Shown here: positions 49,101 to 62,890 of the stretch, one piece after another
Numbering within the stretch: position 1 is the first letter of the stretch
How the letters are laid out: each line of letters starts with the position of its first letter
Assembly: GCF_964204645.1 (NCBI RefSeq)
Contig: NC_134031.1
Span: 18,111,910-18,175,909, forward strand
Source of the DNA: Tubulanus polymorphus
Lineage: Eukaryota > Animalia > Nemertea
Direction of reading: 5' to 3'
Length of the DNA stretch: 64,000 nt
Program-made: the position numbers and the translations under genes
The notes under the pieces: generated by a model
Seen by the model: only the letters and a program-made list of their open reading frames with translations
Told to the model about the DNA's origin: nothing
Databases searched by the model: none

Positions 49101-49983
49101 TAATGGATACCTTTATGAAATTGTTTGTAAATAGATTGTACCGATGAGTGAAATTATCTAAAAAAAATTATCATAGGAAAATAGTTGGTTAGTTTTCTTA
49201 GTTTGATGGGTCATCTCATAGTATCCTTGAGGGCCGTCTTAAAATATCATTCCTACTATATTCATGAGGATAAAGATGTGCTGAAAAGTGCTTACTTTTG
49301 CCGAAGTTGTAGTTTTTGACATCAGTCACAAAAAAAAACTTGAAACGAAAATGATTTGAGTTACAAATAAAGCTGGACATTTATATATACGGGATATTTA
49401 CTTCAAACGCGCGAAGATTTACAAAATTTACATCATTTTGAAAATAATACATTATTTACACAAAGATTTAAGAAGCAGCTATACCATTACAGTTTAAGTT
49501 ATTGATTACCCGGTATCACATTGTAAAAGTATAGTATAGTATATTATACATGTAACCTTAATGCACTCTGACCATTCAACTACATCACTCTCATGAAGTA
49601 ACACAAGAGTTTATTAAAATTGATTTGCACGAGTTTGAGAAATAACAATTTCCATATTTCTACACAGATTTTGGGCATAAACAGTTAAAGAGTTTTTAGA
49701 CTGTTTGAGGAAATACAAGAGTTTTGAGAGGAAAAAGAAATTTTCCCTAATCCTTAATCTACGTAGCATTCTAAATACTGGATAAAGTTCTTGATATTGA
49801 TTGTTAATATTACAAGAGAATTCGTTGTTTATTCAGAGGAAGAAGACAGAAGATCTGTAAGCCCTGAGAGAGCAATTCGGAGCAATTTAAAACGAATGAT
49901 GTCGACAAACATTTTCAGAAACATAGGCAGAGGGCACAGTTTTTGGGGTTGAAAATAACATACCTAATTTTGATTTCATATTA

Positions 49984-50257
49984 CAGTAAAACCTCCCTTA
50001 AATGAACACCATTCGCCCAGACCCACAATTTACCTGTAAATACATCTGGACCTAATTTCTATAATTTCAATGGAACCTCGTTATAACAAACTCGGATACA
50101 ACGATCTAAGTAAGACAATTTGATTAATTGCATACTGGGTATCAACAGACTATCGGTTTTAATGCGCAGATTTCCTGGTCCCCTGAAGTTTGCTGTAACG
50201 AGATTCCACCGCTTTGTGCTCAGCCCCACAGGGACTCACTCTAGTGAGGTTTAACTG
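49984..50257. mobile_element. Tc1/mariner-pogo-type MITE with a probable nested second MITE (~50070-50210)
   Basis: TA|CAGTAAAACCTC ... GAGGTTTAACTG|TA. Inner inverted pair TGGAACCTCGTTA ... TAACGAGATTCCA. Confidence 0.65.
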
Positions 50258-50295
50258 TAATCTAAAGAATTTATGGAAATTAATGGTCATATTTT

Positions 50296-53200
50296 TCAAT
50301 CGGGGGAAGATCGAGCAGCTATAGCCGTCTGTTCACACCGGAAACTGTGCTCATACTGAAAAAAATTAAACAAAATATACATTGATACATGCATTACATG
50401 TATGATTGACATGTTACATGTGTGACTGACATAGACATACCTCTTTCTCTATCTCGTAGAATGATTTATATTTCAGACTAGGCACCGCATTCTGAAACAA
50501 TTCACACACAAATGTTCATGGTTAAAATTTAATTTCAAGTTTTTTTAAAGAGATGAATCTTTGTGAATAGTTTGATTAATTATTACCTCGTTATTTTCAG
50601 TCAAATTTGCATATTTCGAATTGAGCTCAAATGGTATCCCAGACAGCGCTTAAAGTAAGAGAACAACTGCAAATTAAAACTTATTACAACAAGCATGCAA
50701 CATTCTTCAACACCTGGGCTCATTTCCTCATCCACTAAAAATTCGGGCCATTTCAACATCTATCAAAACCAGGGCAAGTAGGCTCACACATTCTTGTTCC
50801 ATATTTGACTGGCAAGTGTGGAACTGGATCCTGAACTGTGGACTGGGCCCCGAACCAGGTTCAGAACAGCGTACCGGTTATTGCGTTCAGGGATGCAGAA
50901 CTGTGGAACTAGATCCAGAACTGAATAACCCATTATAGATGTACGTACGTGATAAAGCTAAATGTCTGAGAAGAGTTGATTCTCTGTTGAGGACAGCCGG
51001 CGGAGGTGGTCGAGGAGGAGCTCCGTATGAAGCAGACGCGTTGCTAGACGACCAGTATTGATCGTCTGCGTTAACTCGGCCTCTCATCGCGTAAGGTAAA
51101 TTACTCGCAGCCATTGAACTGAAATCACACGGTTATATCAGTAATACAAACATCAATTCTGATTCTATTTTCAACAAAAATGTTCATGGGTACACGAGCA
51201 GGGGTCTACATGTGCCTGTAACATGTACATTTACATGTATAACTGCGTGTAGCGTCTTAAACGTGCAGCATGCTGACATCGCTTAAAACAAAAAATTTCT
51301 AGAATAATTCAGGATTAATCAATAAATATCAAGAAAAGCATGTATCCTACAGTTTGGGTGGCGTTTGGCTACTACATAGAATGACCACAAAAACCCAGAA
51401 ATCGCTTCTACACTGGGTCTATATGTTCTCTATTTGTAACAACAGAACAACACAAACCATGCTACTCTCAACACGTAAACAACTATAAAAAAACTCTTAC
51501 TAAGCTTCATAACTTTCATAACTGGGAGGTTGATCATAACTGCAAATAAACAATTCTTAGTTTACTGAGTTATCAAACTCTCAATTCAGTTCTCAAACTC
51601 TCCGATATTCTCTCAAAAATGCAACCAAGTCCGATCTTTCATAAGGGTATGCGTATAATAATGATAACTGTTTTTCATTCCAAAAAAAATCAAAAACTGA
51701 AAAAAACTCCATGTTTCAAATCACTCTGATGTATGCGCGATAAAATGTCTTACTGCTGTATATCTGTAAAATATGGTAACTGAACTCTGTGAAATTCGTA
51801 CGGCAAAAACTGCTGAAAACTATATTCAAAATAATCACGTTTAGAGTGTGGGTGAGAAAGATATTGTCGCAATTCAAACTGACAGCACACAGTAAACTGA
51901 TTAGCTGGTACCCACTAAAAGTTATAATTGTACAAAATGATCTCAAATCCTTTGCGAGATTGAAATGTTTTTGTTCAAAATGAGGTTTGCCTCGGAACAA
52001 CCGCTAGATACTAAACTAGGGTTTCCCAGTCTGGGGGGAGTCGATTCCCACCCAGTCTGTGAGAGTTGATTAGATTAATCAAACTTACCTGTTTTGATTC
52101 TGTCCTGCTTTTGAAACTGAACCCAACTTGTAGCAGAAATGCAAATCGTTCATTTCACTATTAAAAGAGAATATTGAAAATGATTTTGGTAGTGAGGACT
52201 GGATCCCTGAAGCTTCCAGTCTAATATAGTGTCAAAATTTGTTTTTTCCATTAACGGTAAGTCTTGTGAAACTACATCCCGAGATCTTTTAAAACCAGCT
52301 TTATCAATCAGTCAGAAACTTGATGAATACGTACCCTATTAATGTGTAACCATTCGGAGGTCTCCCCGACCTACTTAGAATTATGATATCGCTAATAGCT
52401 TCAGTCGTCGTCTGCCTGTCGGCCATCTTTAAACATATATTCTTTTTCTTTGTTGCTTTTTCATCTGAAGATTATAACCAAATTTATTCAGCGGTCACAA
52501 TAACCAGGGATGTCAAAGATGTGGGTCCTTCTCCCTCCTTGTAATAATTTTTATTTCTATTTCACAGACTCACGTGTATCAATAGTAAACTCTGTGATTG
52601 AGAATCCGACTGGTATCACATCTCGTTCATTGATTAATGCTATATCAATTAACACATTATCCAGACCCTGAAATACATGATATACAGCAACATTTTGGCA
52701 AGAAATCTTAACATGGAATTGTGAACCAGTTCGAGAGCAGAACTGAGTCCTGTAGAACTGGATTCAGAACTGTGGAACTAGGTCCAAAACTGTGGAACCA
52801 GTTTTACAACTGTCGAACTGGATAGGCCTACAGTGTTGAACTAGATACAGAACTGTGGAACTGAGTCCGGAGCTGTGAAACCAGATACAGAACTATATAA
52901 CTACTATTGACCTCAAAAGTTAGTTAACTGACACAGAGAATATTAAACCTGCATTGCTTGTTGTTATGGTATTAAATGTATATATGGTTGTCTTACGTTA
53001 TTTTGAAACTGGCGTGAAATACAGACATATCGCGTGACGCGTCTCATTACAAAAAAACCATCTTTCCATAAATCGGCATCTTCCTGACGATCATACGATT
53101 TATCAATCTAAAAATCACACAAATATTCATCAGATTATTCGGAATGCAGTCTAGTATCCAGTTGCTCAATAGTTGGTTAGAGTTAACTAGTGGATAGTTG

Positions 53201-53601
53201 ACATAGTGACAATTGAAATTTCCATCCTCCACTTTTCTTTAACCAATGTTTGAGCATCTGCAGCCACTGAGCGGCGCGCCTTGCTCCTTGGACCGAGTTT
53301 CACACAGTTCTTCATTAGCATTGACCCGCGTTACTGTGGTCGAGTCAGAACTGAGACTAGTTTCCCAAAAACGGATCAATTCTTAAATCAGTTCAAGGTC
53401 AACTGATTCAAATCAATGGTAAACTTGCGGAGCAAACCTTGACGAAATGAAGTTTACTTTCTTTTTCATTATAATTTCTAAGGTCCCAGGGAACGAGGGG
53501 TAGGGGGTGGTACTTACAACGGTGTATCCTGCAGGGCATGATGCTGGATCTGTTACTATACACAGACCAGTTATTGGACCAGCATCAGTAGACTGCTGCA
53601 T
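50296..53601 (-). CDS. MVB12: ESCRT-I subunit MVB12 (MABP and UMA domains)
   Basis: Exons 53601-53518, 53107-52997, 52667-52574, 52464-52335, 52157-52089, [51539-51501], [51371-51351], 51118-50949, 50648-50587, 50491-50441, 50355-50296 (bracketed = candidate micro-exons). MABP motifs 'PITGLCIV..CPAGYT' and 'DADLWKDGFF..RVTRYVC'; UMA 'LSGIPFELN...IEKEYEHSF'. Confidence 0.9.
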
Positions 53602-56263
53602 CCTCTCTCAGTCTCCTTCGTCGGTCAGAAGTAAAAGCTTCTCCCCACTAATCTTCTTCGTTCCTTAAAAATTAATTCCTAACACATAATTCTATCTTAT
53701 GAATTTTCCGAAATGAGAAAACATTTGATTAATCTCAACAGGGGGGCCTCGCAATAGAGTTTGTCTCAATAAAACAAATATTTACCCTTTAACTGTCAAA
53801 AATTTCAAATTTTGTCAATTTTTTCAAAAAACTGTCAAATTTTACTTCCGTGTTGCACAGTCCGGGTTACATTCCACGGGTCCGGTTCGTACTCCGCAGG
53901 TCCGGCGCCGTCGGCGCGCTAAAATAAAATGATGATAGTAGGTTCGAATCCCATATATGTGATGAGAGCGAGTTCGAATCTCAGACTTATCAAGACGACT
54001 AATATTATTCTTCTATATACTGTCAACATCAACTTGTTGATGAACAATACAGTTTTTGGGTTTGCAAGAAAAAAAAAATGAATATGAATACAATAAGAAC
54101 TTTTTTATTGTTTTTTTTTTCAATTTTTAATTAAAATACACAATTAAACTACAAGTACTTCAATGCTGTTTTTCCTAACCTGTGATATTATATACATATA
54201 GTATGTTGATTAGGTAGGAAAAGCTGCGTGCACGTGCAAAAGAAAGCCTGCTTCCTGGTTTCTGTTCATTGGGAACATTGTGTCCTCGCGTTTGACGTAC
54301 CGACCGGATGAGGACAACTCACAACAGATACCTAGAGACTACGTTCACCGCTATCGACCATTTTAAGTCTTTCCATATTTCAGCATTAGTAAATGAACCC
54401 CTTCAATTAAGTCAATGTCAAATCACAGCGTTCCAAATATTGTCCAACAACAGTGTCTCCTGTCTGTTCTCAGAAATGCCATAAAAACCACAAAATGAAT
54501 AAAATAACGAATATGTTTTTATTTATATATATATATATATAGCTAGTTTTGATGATTGTATTTGATGTATTTTATTTCTGGACTCGTTTTTATAATAATC
54601 TACAGCAGCAAATATTACACACATGAGCAAGATATTAATTGGAATCGTCCCAATTTCTTGTGTCACCTTTTGCATCTCAGTAGCATAGAACCAAATATAG
54701 GCCTAGGTCTTACTCTGAAATCACTTACATTTTCAATTGTTTTATACAGTGCAAGTTAAATTGAATTTGAAATTCGAAAGCTAGATTTGAAGGCTCTAGT
54801 TTTAAGATAAAATCCTAGCTCTCAAAGACCATAAAAATCTGTGCGCAGACTTTTTGAACAAGAAAATGGACCCAAAGCTTGGTCACCTCTCTATCACATA
54901 CAACAATTAAGTTGGTTAATATTGATTCTGACATTGAAATTATTATTCAGAATACAAAAGACGCACAGTTTGTTATAAAAGAAGCTCCACTACAGTCAAA
55001 TCACTATCAGACTACTCAGGCAAATCAGTCAATTTCATCCAATTCTGCCGGAATGAGGGTTAATTAGGATTAAGGAATGTAGTTAAACAAAACGCTAAAA
55101 GCCATAGAGATAGATAGATACCCTGTAATTGACTTTCATCAGTCATTTCTACAGTTGTGTAGGTTAAGCTTATTACTCATTGAAGTCATTACACAGTCGT
55201 GTGAAATAAGTTTCGACTCTCAAAGTTGTGTTTGACTCTTTTAAGTCACATTTCACACCTCAAGAGCTTTTGACAAATATTTTTTTCCGACCAGAAACAA
55301 GTATGAAATATTTTGATTATCATTCAAAAATCTTTCAATCATTCATTTTTTTCACGTAGTCAAACAACTTGATTTCATCCTTGCATTCTATATAACATCC
55401 ATAAAATCTAGGGCCACACTTATTGCGTTGATAATAATATAACCAGTGCCTCCGACTCTCAACAACAAGAGCCCTCTCCAATATCATTATATTCATATAT
55501 AGAATTATATTTATATATTTAAAGCGTTTTAGTGAAATCACAGTTTTTTGAAGTCATCATTTCATTTCTTAAATTCTAAAATATATATACACACATCTTA
55601 TCAAGTGAAGCACCAGCGAATAAAGAAACATTTCAGGGGTCTTTCGTAAAGTACAGCAGGTCCCTAACACTCTATTAAGTCGAAGTTGTCTCTATTTCTG
55701 ACTCGTACACTAACACTAAGTGTGAGTCATCATTTGGATTTTAAATCAACAACACAATGATCATCCCAACTATGACGACTCAGTCAACTGAGTTTGACTC
55801 CGTACTCTTATCTTCTATTCTGGATCCAGTTCAGCTGTCGTTGATCAAAAATTGACTCGTAAGAGATGGAATCGGTATCTAATGTTACGATATAGAGTCA
55901 AATTCTAACCGAGAGAAAACTGTACAACTGGATCCTGAAACCCATTTAACACCGTTTAAAACCCGAAACCATTTCAATGAAAACTAAACTTAAGTTGAAT
56001 TCAATTCTATCCATAAGAGAGTTATTTTGACATTTAGGATCTGAACGTAAGTTCAGTTCAGTTCACTCGCGTTAATGTTTCAACCACAATAATTGGCACT
56101 GTGCAGCTCAATACAACACTGGTACTGCCGGTTTGCAGTTACCGGTTAAGAATAACTGCTCAAATTTAGAACACAGATAATCAGTCAGCCAGTTTTATGT
56201 TCGGAAAAATCTCTTTTCTGGACCAGGGCCGGTGCGAGGAATTTGTGCCCTCTTACATGAGTC

Positions 56264-56444
56264 TCTGGATCGGGACCCCGTCAGTCTCGGGGTGCTGAGA
56301 GCCACTGGATCGGGGTCCTGTCAGTCTCTGGATCGGGGTGCCGAGAGCCACTGGATCGGGGTCCTGTCAGTCTCTGGATCGGGGTGCCGCAAGCCACTGG
56401 ATCGGGGTCCTGTCAGTCTCTGGATCGGGGTCCTGTCAGTCTCT
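56264..56444 (+). repeat. 21/43-bp minisatellite in the SLC12A9 3' region
   Basis: Alternating CTGGATCGGGGTCCTGTCAGTCT and CTGGATCGGGGTGCCGAGAGCCA. Confidence 0.9.
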
Positions 56445-56519
56445 TGTTCAGCTCAGCTTTTCAAGCGCGGTTTTTACAGCGAGTGTTTGATTCAATAGTG
56501 GCGTCGGTTATCGCCGTGG

Positions 56520-59500
56520 TTACAGGGTAGTAGATGTAACAGGATGTAACCCGTGAACGAGTACGGTCGGAGGTAAACCTGCCGTCAGTTTATCGATCTG
56601 ATTCAGATAGCGTTGATAGTTATTCTTACGCCTAGGTGGCGCCGGTAGGTAACAGAACGTAACGGCCGTATTTTCGCTCGATTGTTCACGAATGATTTGG
56701 TTCATTCCGGCGACGTAATCTTCGGGGAAATCGAAATCATCATCTCGATCGTCGTCGCCGTCGGTAACCTCGTGATCGAGGATCGCCGTTACTCGCTCCC
56801 ACGTGATGATCTTCACCTCGGCGATTATCCTCAGTTGCCGTAGCAACTGGTCGAGTTTGCGCTCGATGGCGAGCACGTCGTCCTCGCGAGCGTCGACGCA
56901 GAGGAACACGCGTAACACGGTGTGCGCCTTCCAGCCGCGTACCATGTGTAAAATACATGATAACTGCAGCAGGAAGAGACACGACGTGTCGAAGTACGTC
57001 ACGCTGTCTGGGCGGAAAAAATTCACCGGCCACGCGTCGATAAACATCGGTTTCTTACAGCTGAGAATGCGATCTCGATCTAAACGCTCGAAGTGTCGAC
57101 ATAAACTGACGTTTTTCTGCATTTTAATCGCGTCGGCGATCATCTGAACGTATTCATCCACGGTGAGGTGCTTCGCCTGATGAAAGGCGCGTAAATCGCC
57201 GAATACCTCCCCGCTGAAACCGGCCGCCGTAAAATCGCCGTTCTCTCCGCTGCTGCTGGCGCTGCCGTTCGTATCGCCGCGGCGACGCTTCCGTTCGATC
57301 AACGCCGTCAGATTCTCGCTCGGAGGTTTGTCGTCGTAGAAACCGAACATGACCATATTCGGCTTCATTCCGCCGAGTCCGGAAATACGGATGAGATGGT
57401 GCATACCGTCGCGGATACTACGAGCGACCGTCAACTCGACGAACGCTTTCACCTTCAAACGATCGACTAATTCTAACCAGGAATTATTCGCCTCTTGAAC
57501 CGGATCGGAGGAATCGGAATCGAAGTCGGATACTTCCACGTGACCGAGGATATACAGACCGCTTTTTTTAGCGTCGTTCGCGAATTTGATAAGCGGCGCG
57601 CAGGCGCGAGGGTTCGATACCATCAACAGAATCTGAGGACGCCAGTATTTCACGTGTTCTTTACGCGAGTCGAGTAGTAGTAGGTATTTGCGAACTTGAT
57701 GGAAAATCAGCGCCTGACTGATCGAACCCCACGTCGTCGGCAACGAACGGAAATGAAGTAAAATGACGAATAACATGGTGACGATGATCGCGACGGCGGC
57801 GAACACCGGCTGAATCAGGAAACACATGACTAAACAACCGACTAAACCGAGCAGACACGTGTACCACGAGAAATACCGGAACGTAGGTCTGAAAAATATA
57901 CATCATTATTACAATAGATTAACATCAATCAGCATAATTATAAGGCGGGATCTCGGGGGCGCTAGAACCTCAGGGTAGGCCTAGGTACTAGAATTTGGTT
58001 GGGATACGAAAAATTAAAATCATCATCATCATCATCAAATTCACGGACGGAAGGAGGCCTTGTGGTGGCCTATTGGTGTCCGGCTCGTTTGTTGATTAGT
58101 ATTGGTTAAGGTGAAATCAAACTTTTCCAACAGGATACATGATATTTCTGATTTAAACCACTAAAAAGATATCTTCCCTTAGTATAATTCTTTCCTAACG
58201 GACGGACGATGGATGGACTTAAGTCTCAAGTGTGCTAAAAACCACAATCTAAATTGGTGCCGAGTCAAATCAGCAGAAGTCTACGGTGTTTAGAATTTCC
58301 TACGGATATTTACCTGAAATTTGGAGCCGACGCTAATTCTAAAGCCAAACAGGCGAGATTTGTAGCGGCGTACGACAACAGAAAGAATACGGATGTAATC
58401 GGAGCTATCGCGTTTAAACTTCCAATCAACATTACAGCCTACAAACACAATCAATAGCATTACTTCAACACTTTAATGTAAATATAATCAGTTTCATTTA
58501 TCCATCATATGAAATTCTATGAAGGTCGATTTTTTTTTTTTCTTTATCGAGAACGAACCTGAACTAAAACCCATGAAATAAGTACAGCTATGACCGGGTT
58601 ACCGCTTTTAGTCGTGATCTTCGCAGGTGAAAGAAAGATCCCTAAAATAAAACAACAATTCAACAGCGTGATTGATTTCTAATCAGTTAGAGACAAGATT
58701 AGCCCGTACACTGACGTGGAGAATACCCTCTATATACTCATTCACCTGACGATAATCTCTAATGAGTTTTTTCGAAATTTTTAACAAACAAAATTTGCTT
58801 CTAATAATCCTCTAAATTTAGTGGGTTTTAAACTACCGGTAATTATTTCAATATATACGTACAGAATAACTCATCCCTCGCGAGTGCTTCGAGGACCCTC
58901 GACGCTCCGATCAGGTTGCCTAGCGATGCAGACAGTGTTGCCGCGAATATACCGATGACGACGAACGGAGGCCACAGGTTGACGTCTTGCATGAAACCAT
59001 ATTTATTCATTAATAATTCCCTGCAATAATAGAAAATGTTAATCAATACTAGTTGATCATTGTTTGAAGGAAACACAGTTAATAGACTGGTCTTAGAACC
59101 AAAATGATATTAAACTGGTTTTGAGTCGTTAGATTGGAACTGGTTTCTAAGTTGTTAGATTGACTCTAGAACCAAAATGAGTTTAGACTTGACTGAACAA
59201 AGTAGCCATACCTTGAACAAGTGAATGCTGTAAGTATTGCAAGTACGATGTAAGTTGATAATGTGAAGACTGAAGCTCCCATTGTTCCTAGTGGTATCGA
59301 GTAGCCCGGTTCCTTCAATTCACCTACAATTCATTATCACAAACACTTCAATTTATATCTCATCTCGGTCTCAGGTAGATATAGATGCGAATAGAGTTTG
59401 AAAGAAGTTGAATTGGCATTTATTTTTACCTGACATGTTCGCTCCATTCATAATACCAGTCACGCTGCTGAATAAAATCGCGAACACAGTCACAAACGTC

Positions 59501-62500
59501 ATCACGTTCCCAGTATTATAATCAACTCCAGTTTGATCTATAAACAAAATATGATTCAATTCTAAGTTTACCGTTTAAAGTCGAGAGTTAGATTCAACTC
59601 CACAATAAATTGAGCCAAATATGAGCTAATTAACCAAGTTCTGGGTTCTTACAGATCAGAGATTGCAGAATTCCCTGGTATTTGCCAGACCCTTGACCAA
59701 AAATTCACTGATTAACCCTTTCAGTGCGTCTACACCGCAGTGCGGTGTAAAAATCGGTGATGGACATTGCTAGTACACCGCAACGCGGTGTATTGACGTA
59801 ATTAGTAATTAGTTTAATTTCTAATGAAAGATGGCAGCACCTGTCAAACATAGTGAAATATTAGTAACTAACGATACACCGCTCTGCAGTGTAGACGCAT
59901 TATAGCGGTATACCCATTATTCGACACACTGGGGCGGAATTTCTAGAAAATTTCAAATTATCTCCAGCACTTTGGGTGTTACTTAGTCAGCACTGAAAGG
60001 GTTAAAATATAAAATATCCTCATTGGGGGCTATTTTCGAGAGGTTCCTTATGCCACTCATCACCAGCAAGAACAACAAGCCCCCCAAAAATCAAATTCTG
60101 AATTTTAAGATATGAGTTCAGAATTTCCTGATTTTCCCTACAGGTATTCTACAATTCCCTGCTATTTTCTGATCTATAAGAACCGTGTAATATCATAACG
60201 AGATCTAAAGGAAACCTACCCCATAAATTTCCTTCAAATGTTTTCAATGAGAGTCCCGTATAGTTTTCACAGATTGTATAGTTGATGGTTGAGTTGTAGA
60301 TGATATGATTTGTAGTCGGAATATCAACGCAAAGCGGACCTTTCTTAGCTAGAAAACTGATAATCACCGACATAAAACACACTACAACAACCTGCAATAT
60401 ACAACAAACATAATACCTTACTTACAGAGGAGCTCCACTAGGAATGCTCCCTTCAACCCACAGAGCAGTACTCGGGGCATTCCCTATTATCAGTAGGTTC
60501 CCCTCAACCCGAGTGCCCTTCAGGAAATTAACGATAGATTTGAGATTTAAGGGGAAAGAGGTCAAAAAAGGCTTTGACTAAAAAAACAAGAGGGTTCAAA
60601 CCCACGAAACGTAGAAAATGTATATGTTAGATTGAACATCAATTAAAAGTTTTACAATAAAGTTTCAAATCACTCACAAATAGAATGAATAGAGATGTTT
60701 TAGCGAACATCGCGGCACCGACGAGACAAACACAGCAACAGACTATAGCGATACACGTTTCATAAAGATACATCCACCATTTACTGCTTCCAGAAGTTCC
60801 AGACGGCAGATAACCCATCCCATCCGTAATCATCGTGCCTACATAATACAAACAATGAAAATATATCAAATTCATTGTCGATTTTATTGTTTGAAAAACT
60901 ACTTGGTTTTGAAAAGTAAAAAGAAATATGTTGGTTAATAACTTTTGAGCGTTATTTTGGATTCTTAAAAAGATTTAAAACCATTTTCTTGCTTTGATGG
61001 CGAGTGACTGTAGAACTTACCGCCTTCGCCGAAATTGTCGATTAAACCTTCAGTGAACGCGGCTATATATAACGCACAGGAGAACACATTCGCTAGGAAG
61101 AACAGGAACCCGATACTGCCTCCAAACTCTGGTCCTAGAGCACGACTTATCATATCTTATCACATATCAATGAAGGAATGATAAATCTTAAATCATTGCT
61201 TTAATTCTGGATCATTCACTGATGATCTGGGTCCAGTTTCACAGTCGTGAGTTTAAAGGATTTAAATCAGAGTTAACTAATTCTAACACATAACAACGTT
61301 ACTTGCAAATGTGGAACTTAACCTGGGGCTCTGCAGCCGTTATAGTATCACAATTATCAGATAGATGGCAGCTTGGTGGTGGTAACACTTTTTCATGGAT
61401 ATTAATCCTAGGTTAGAGTTGTTGAAAAATTTAGGTCTCAATCACTCATCAAACATGATCTAATCTTTATTCAAAAAGTTCCACAGAAATCTTGGGAGTG
61501 AAACAGTGAACATTAAGAGATAGATGGATGGTTTAATATTTGATCGAAAGGATACAATACGCTCCCCCTCCTTCTACAGCTCCGTTTGTTGAAATTGCAC
61601 AAATTGATAAAATCGTCATAAAAAGAATAAAATAAGCCAAGAAGAACTGTACAATCGTTTCTAGTATACCGACTTGACCAACGACAAAACCTGCAAAATA
61701 CAAAAAGGGTGAAAAATATCAGTATCTCATGGAGAATTTCTGCACCACACTGTATACAGCTGCACAATAGAGAAAATAATGGGTCAAAGTTATTCGAGGT
61801 CAAAAACATTTCCACATCACATGACATGATGAGTGTGCAGGGAATTCTAGGAAAATTCTCAATCAATCAATCAAACTACCCTACAGATGTTACAAATAAA
61901 CTTTCTATTTCATTTTCACTTTTGAATAATGATTCTATATTACAAGACCTGGGATTCCACAATACACAATTTTAACTGATAATTCTGTAGAACAAGATCC
62001 TGATTTATAACAAGCATTCATATCAAATGACCTTCAGTAAAAAGTGTCCTCCCTTAATCAAAGACCGGTAAAAACTATATATAGTTTATTATCACTGATA
62101 AATGATTATCTTACGGAGAACTTTGAATTGTGAACCCCTGGGGAGACACAAGAGATAAGATAAAAAATGTGCAGGACGAGATCTAAAAATCTTTCCATAC
62201 AACACTCTACAATATAATGAGCAGACCAGTGACCGACCCACTGAGCCTATTTATATCCAGTTAATAATACCTAGAGGGATTAAACTCTATACTTCAAATG
62301 ATATATAAATGTTAATCCCGGATAATTGATATCAGTTACGCAACTCACCTAGACGTAGAAATAAAACAGTACTGAACATCGATAGCGCAACTGGAGCGAA
62401 TACTCCGGGAATCGTCGATAGGTGGCGGTGTCCTCCACTCTCTCCGATACGGACCCATGTCGACAGTCGCCTGCGATCGCTGAGGTCCTCACCTCCGACC

Positions 62501-62733
62501 CCAGCCCCAGCACCGGCAACGCCTGCATTGTTTATACTCAAATTACGTAATAAAGGCGTCCGATCGTCTATTTCGTCTGTACCTACACCGGGAGGAGGCA
62601 TATCGATAGAGGTGGAATATCCATCATTCCCTTCTCTATCCTCCCCTCCTCCTGACGACATACTGCTCCCTAACTGACGAATAAAACTCCTCAATCTATG
62701 AGATGAGGTATACCTGCGAGGAGACGAGTCCAT
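56520..62733 (-). CDS. SLC12A9: Solute carrier family 12 member 9 (cation-chloride cotransporter-like), 11 exons
   Basis: Exons 62733-62349, 61690-61556, 61155-61021, 60838-60678, 60391-60220, 59537-59430, 59323-59212, 59020-58863, 58641-58559, 58438-58314, 57888-56520. Motifs '[26 protein letters not shown]', '[11 protein letters not shown]', '[31 protein letters not shown]' and C-terminal 'LPPTVLVHG...VTSTTL'. Confidence 0.95.
59716..60001. mobile_element. piggyBac-type MITE in an SLC12A9 intron
   Basis: TTAA on both sides (59712-59715 and 60002-60005); 12-bp TIR CCCTTTCAGTGC ... GCACTGAAAGGG; internal TACACCGC repeats. Confidence 0.85.
61156..61555 (-). other. U12-type (minor spliceosome) GT-AG intron in SLC12A9
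   Basis: 5' splice site GTATCCTTT; branch-site-like TTCCTTCAT about 15 nt upstream of the AG; no polypyrimidine tract. It splits the second Tyr codon of GGAYYMISR. Confidence 0.8.
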
Positions 62734-62890
62734 CTTTACTGTCACTCACCACACCGCCGCCGGAACGTAAATAAACTACTGTCAAAACCGACCCCAGAAT
62801 TTCACTTCCTCGTAGGTAATCCCTCTGTTGTTGTGATGACGTCATTTTGAATCGTATCATGTGACGGCGGAATTCCGGACAAAATGGCGG
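62734..62890. promoter_or_regulatory. Compact bidirectional promoter between SLC12A9 and TTC36
   Basis: Start codons are 150 bp apart, head to head. CRE TGACGTCA at 62837, M-box/CLEAR-like TCATGTGAC at 62857, ETS-like CCGGAA/ACTTCC and YY1-like AAAATGGCGG. Confidence 0.7.

Noticed and set aside
53270-53330. SECIS-like ATGA...AAA...GA on the minus strand
   Set aside because: It is intronic, the helix is too short and poorly paired, and there is no UGA-containing selenoprotein ORF.
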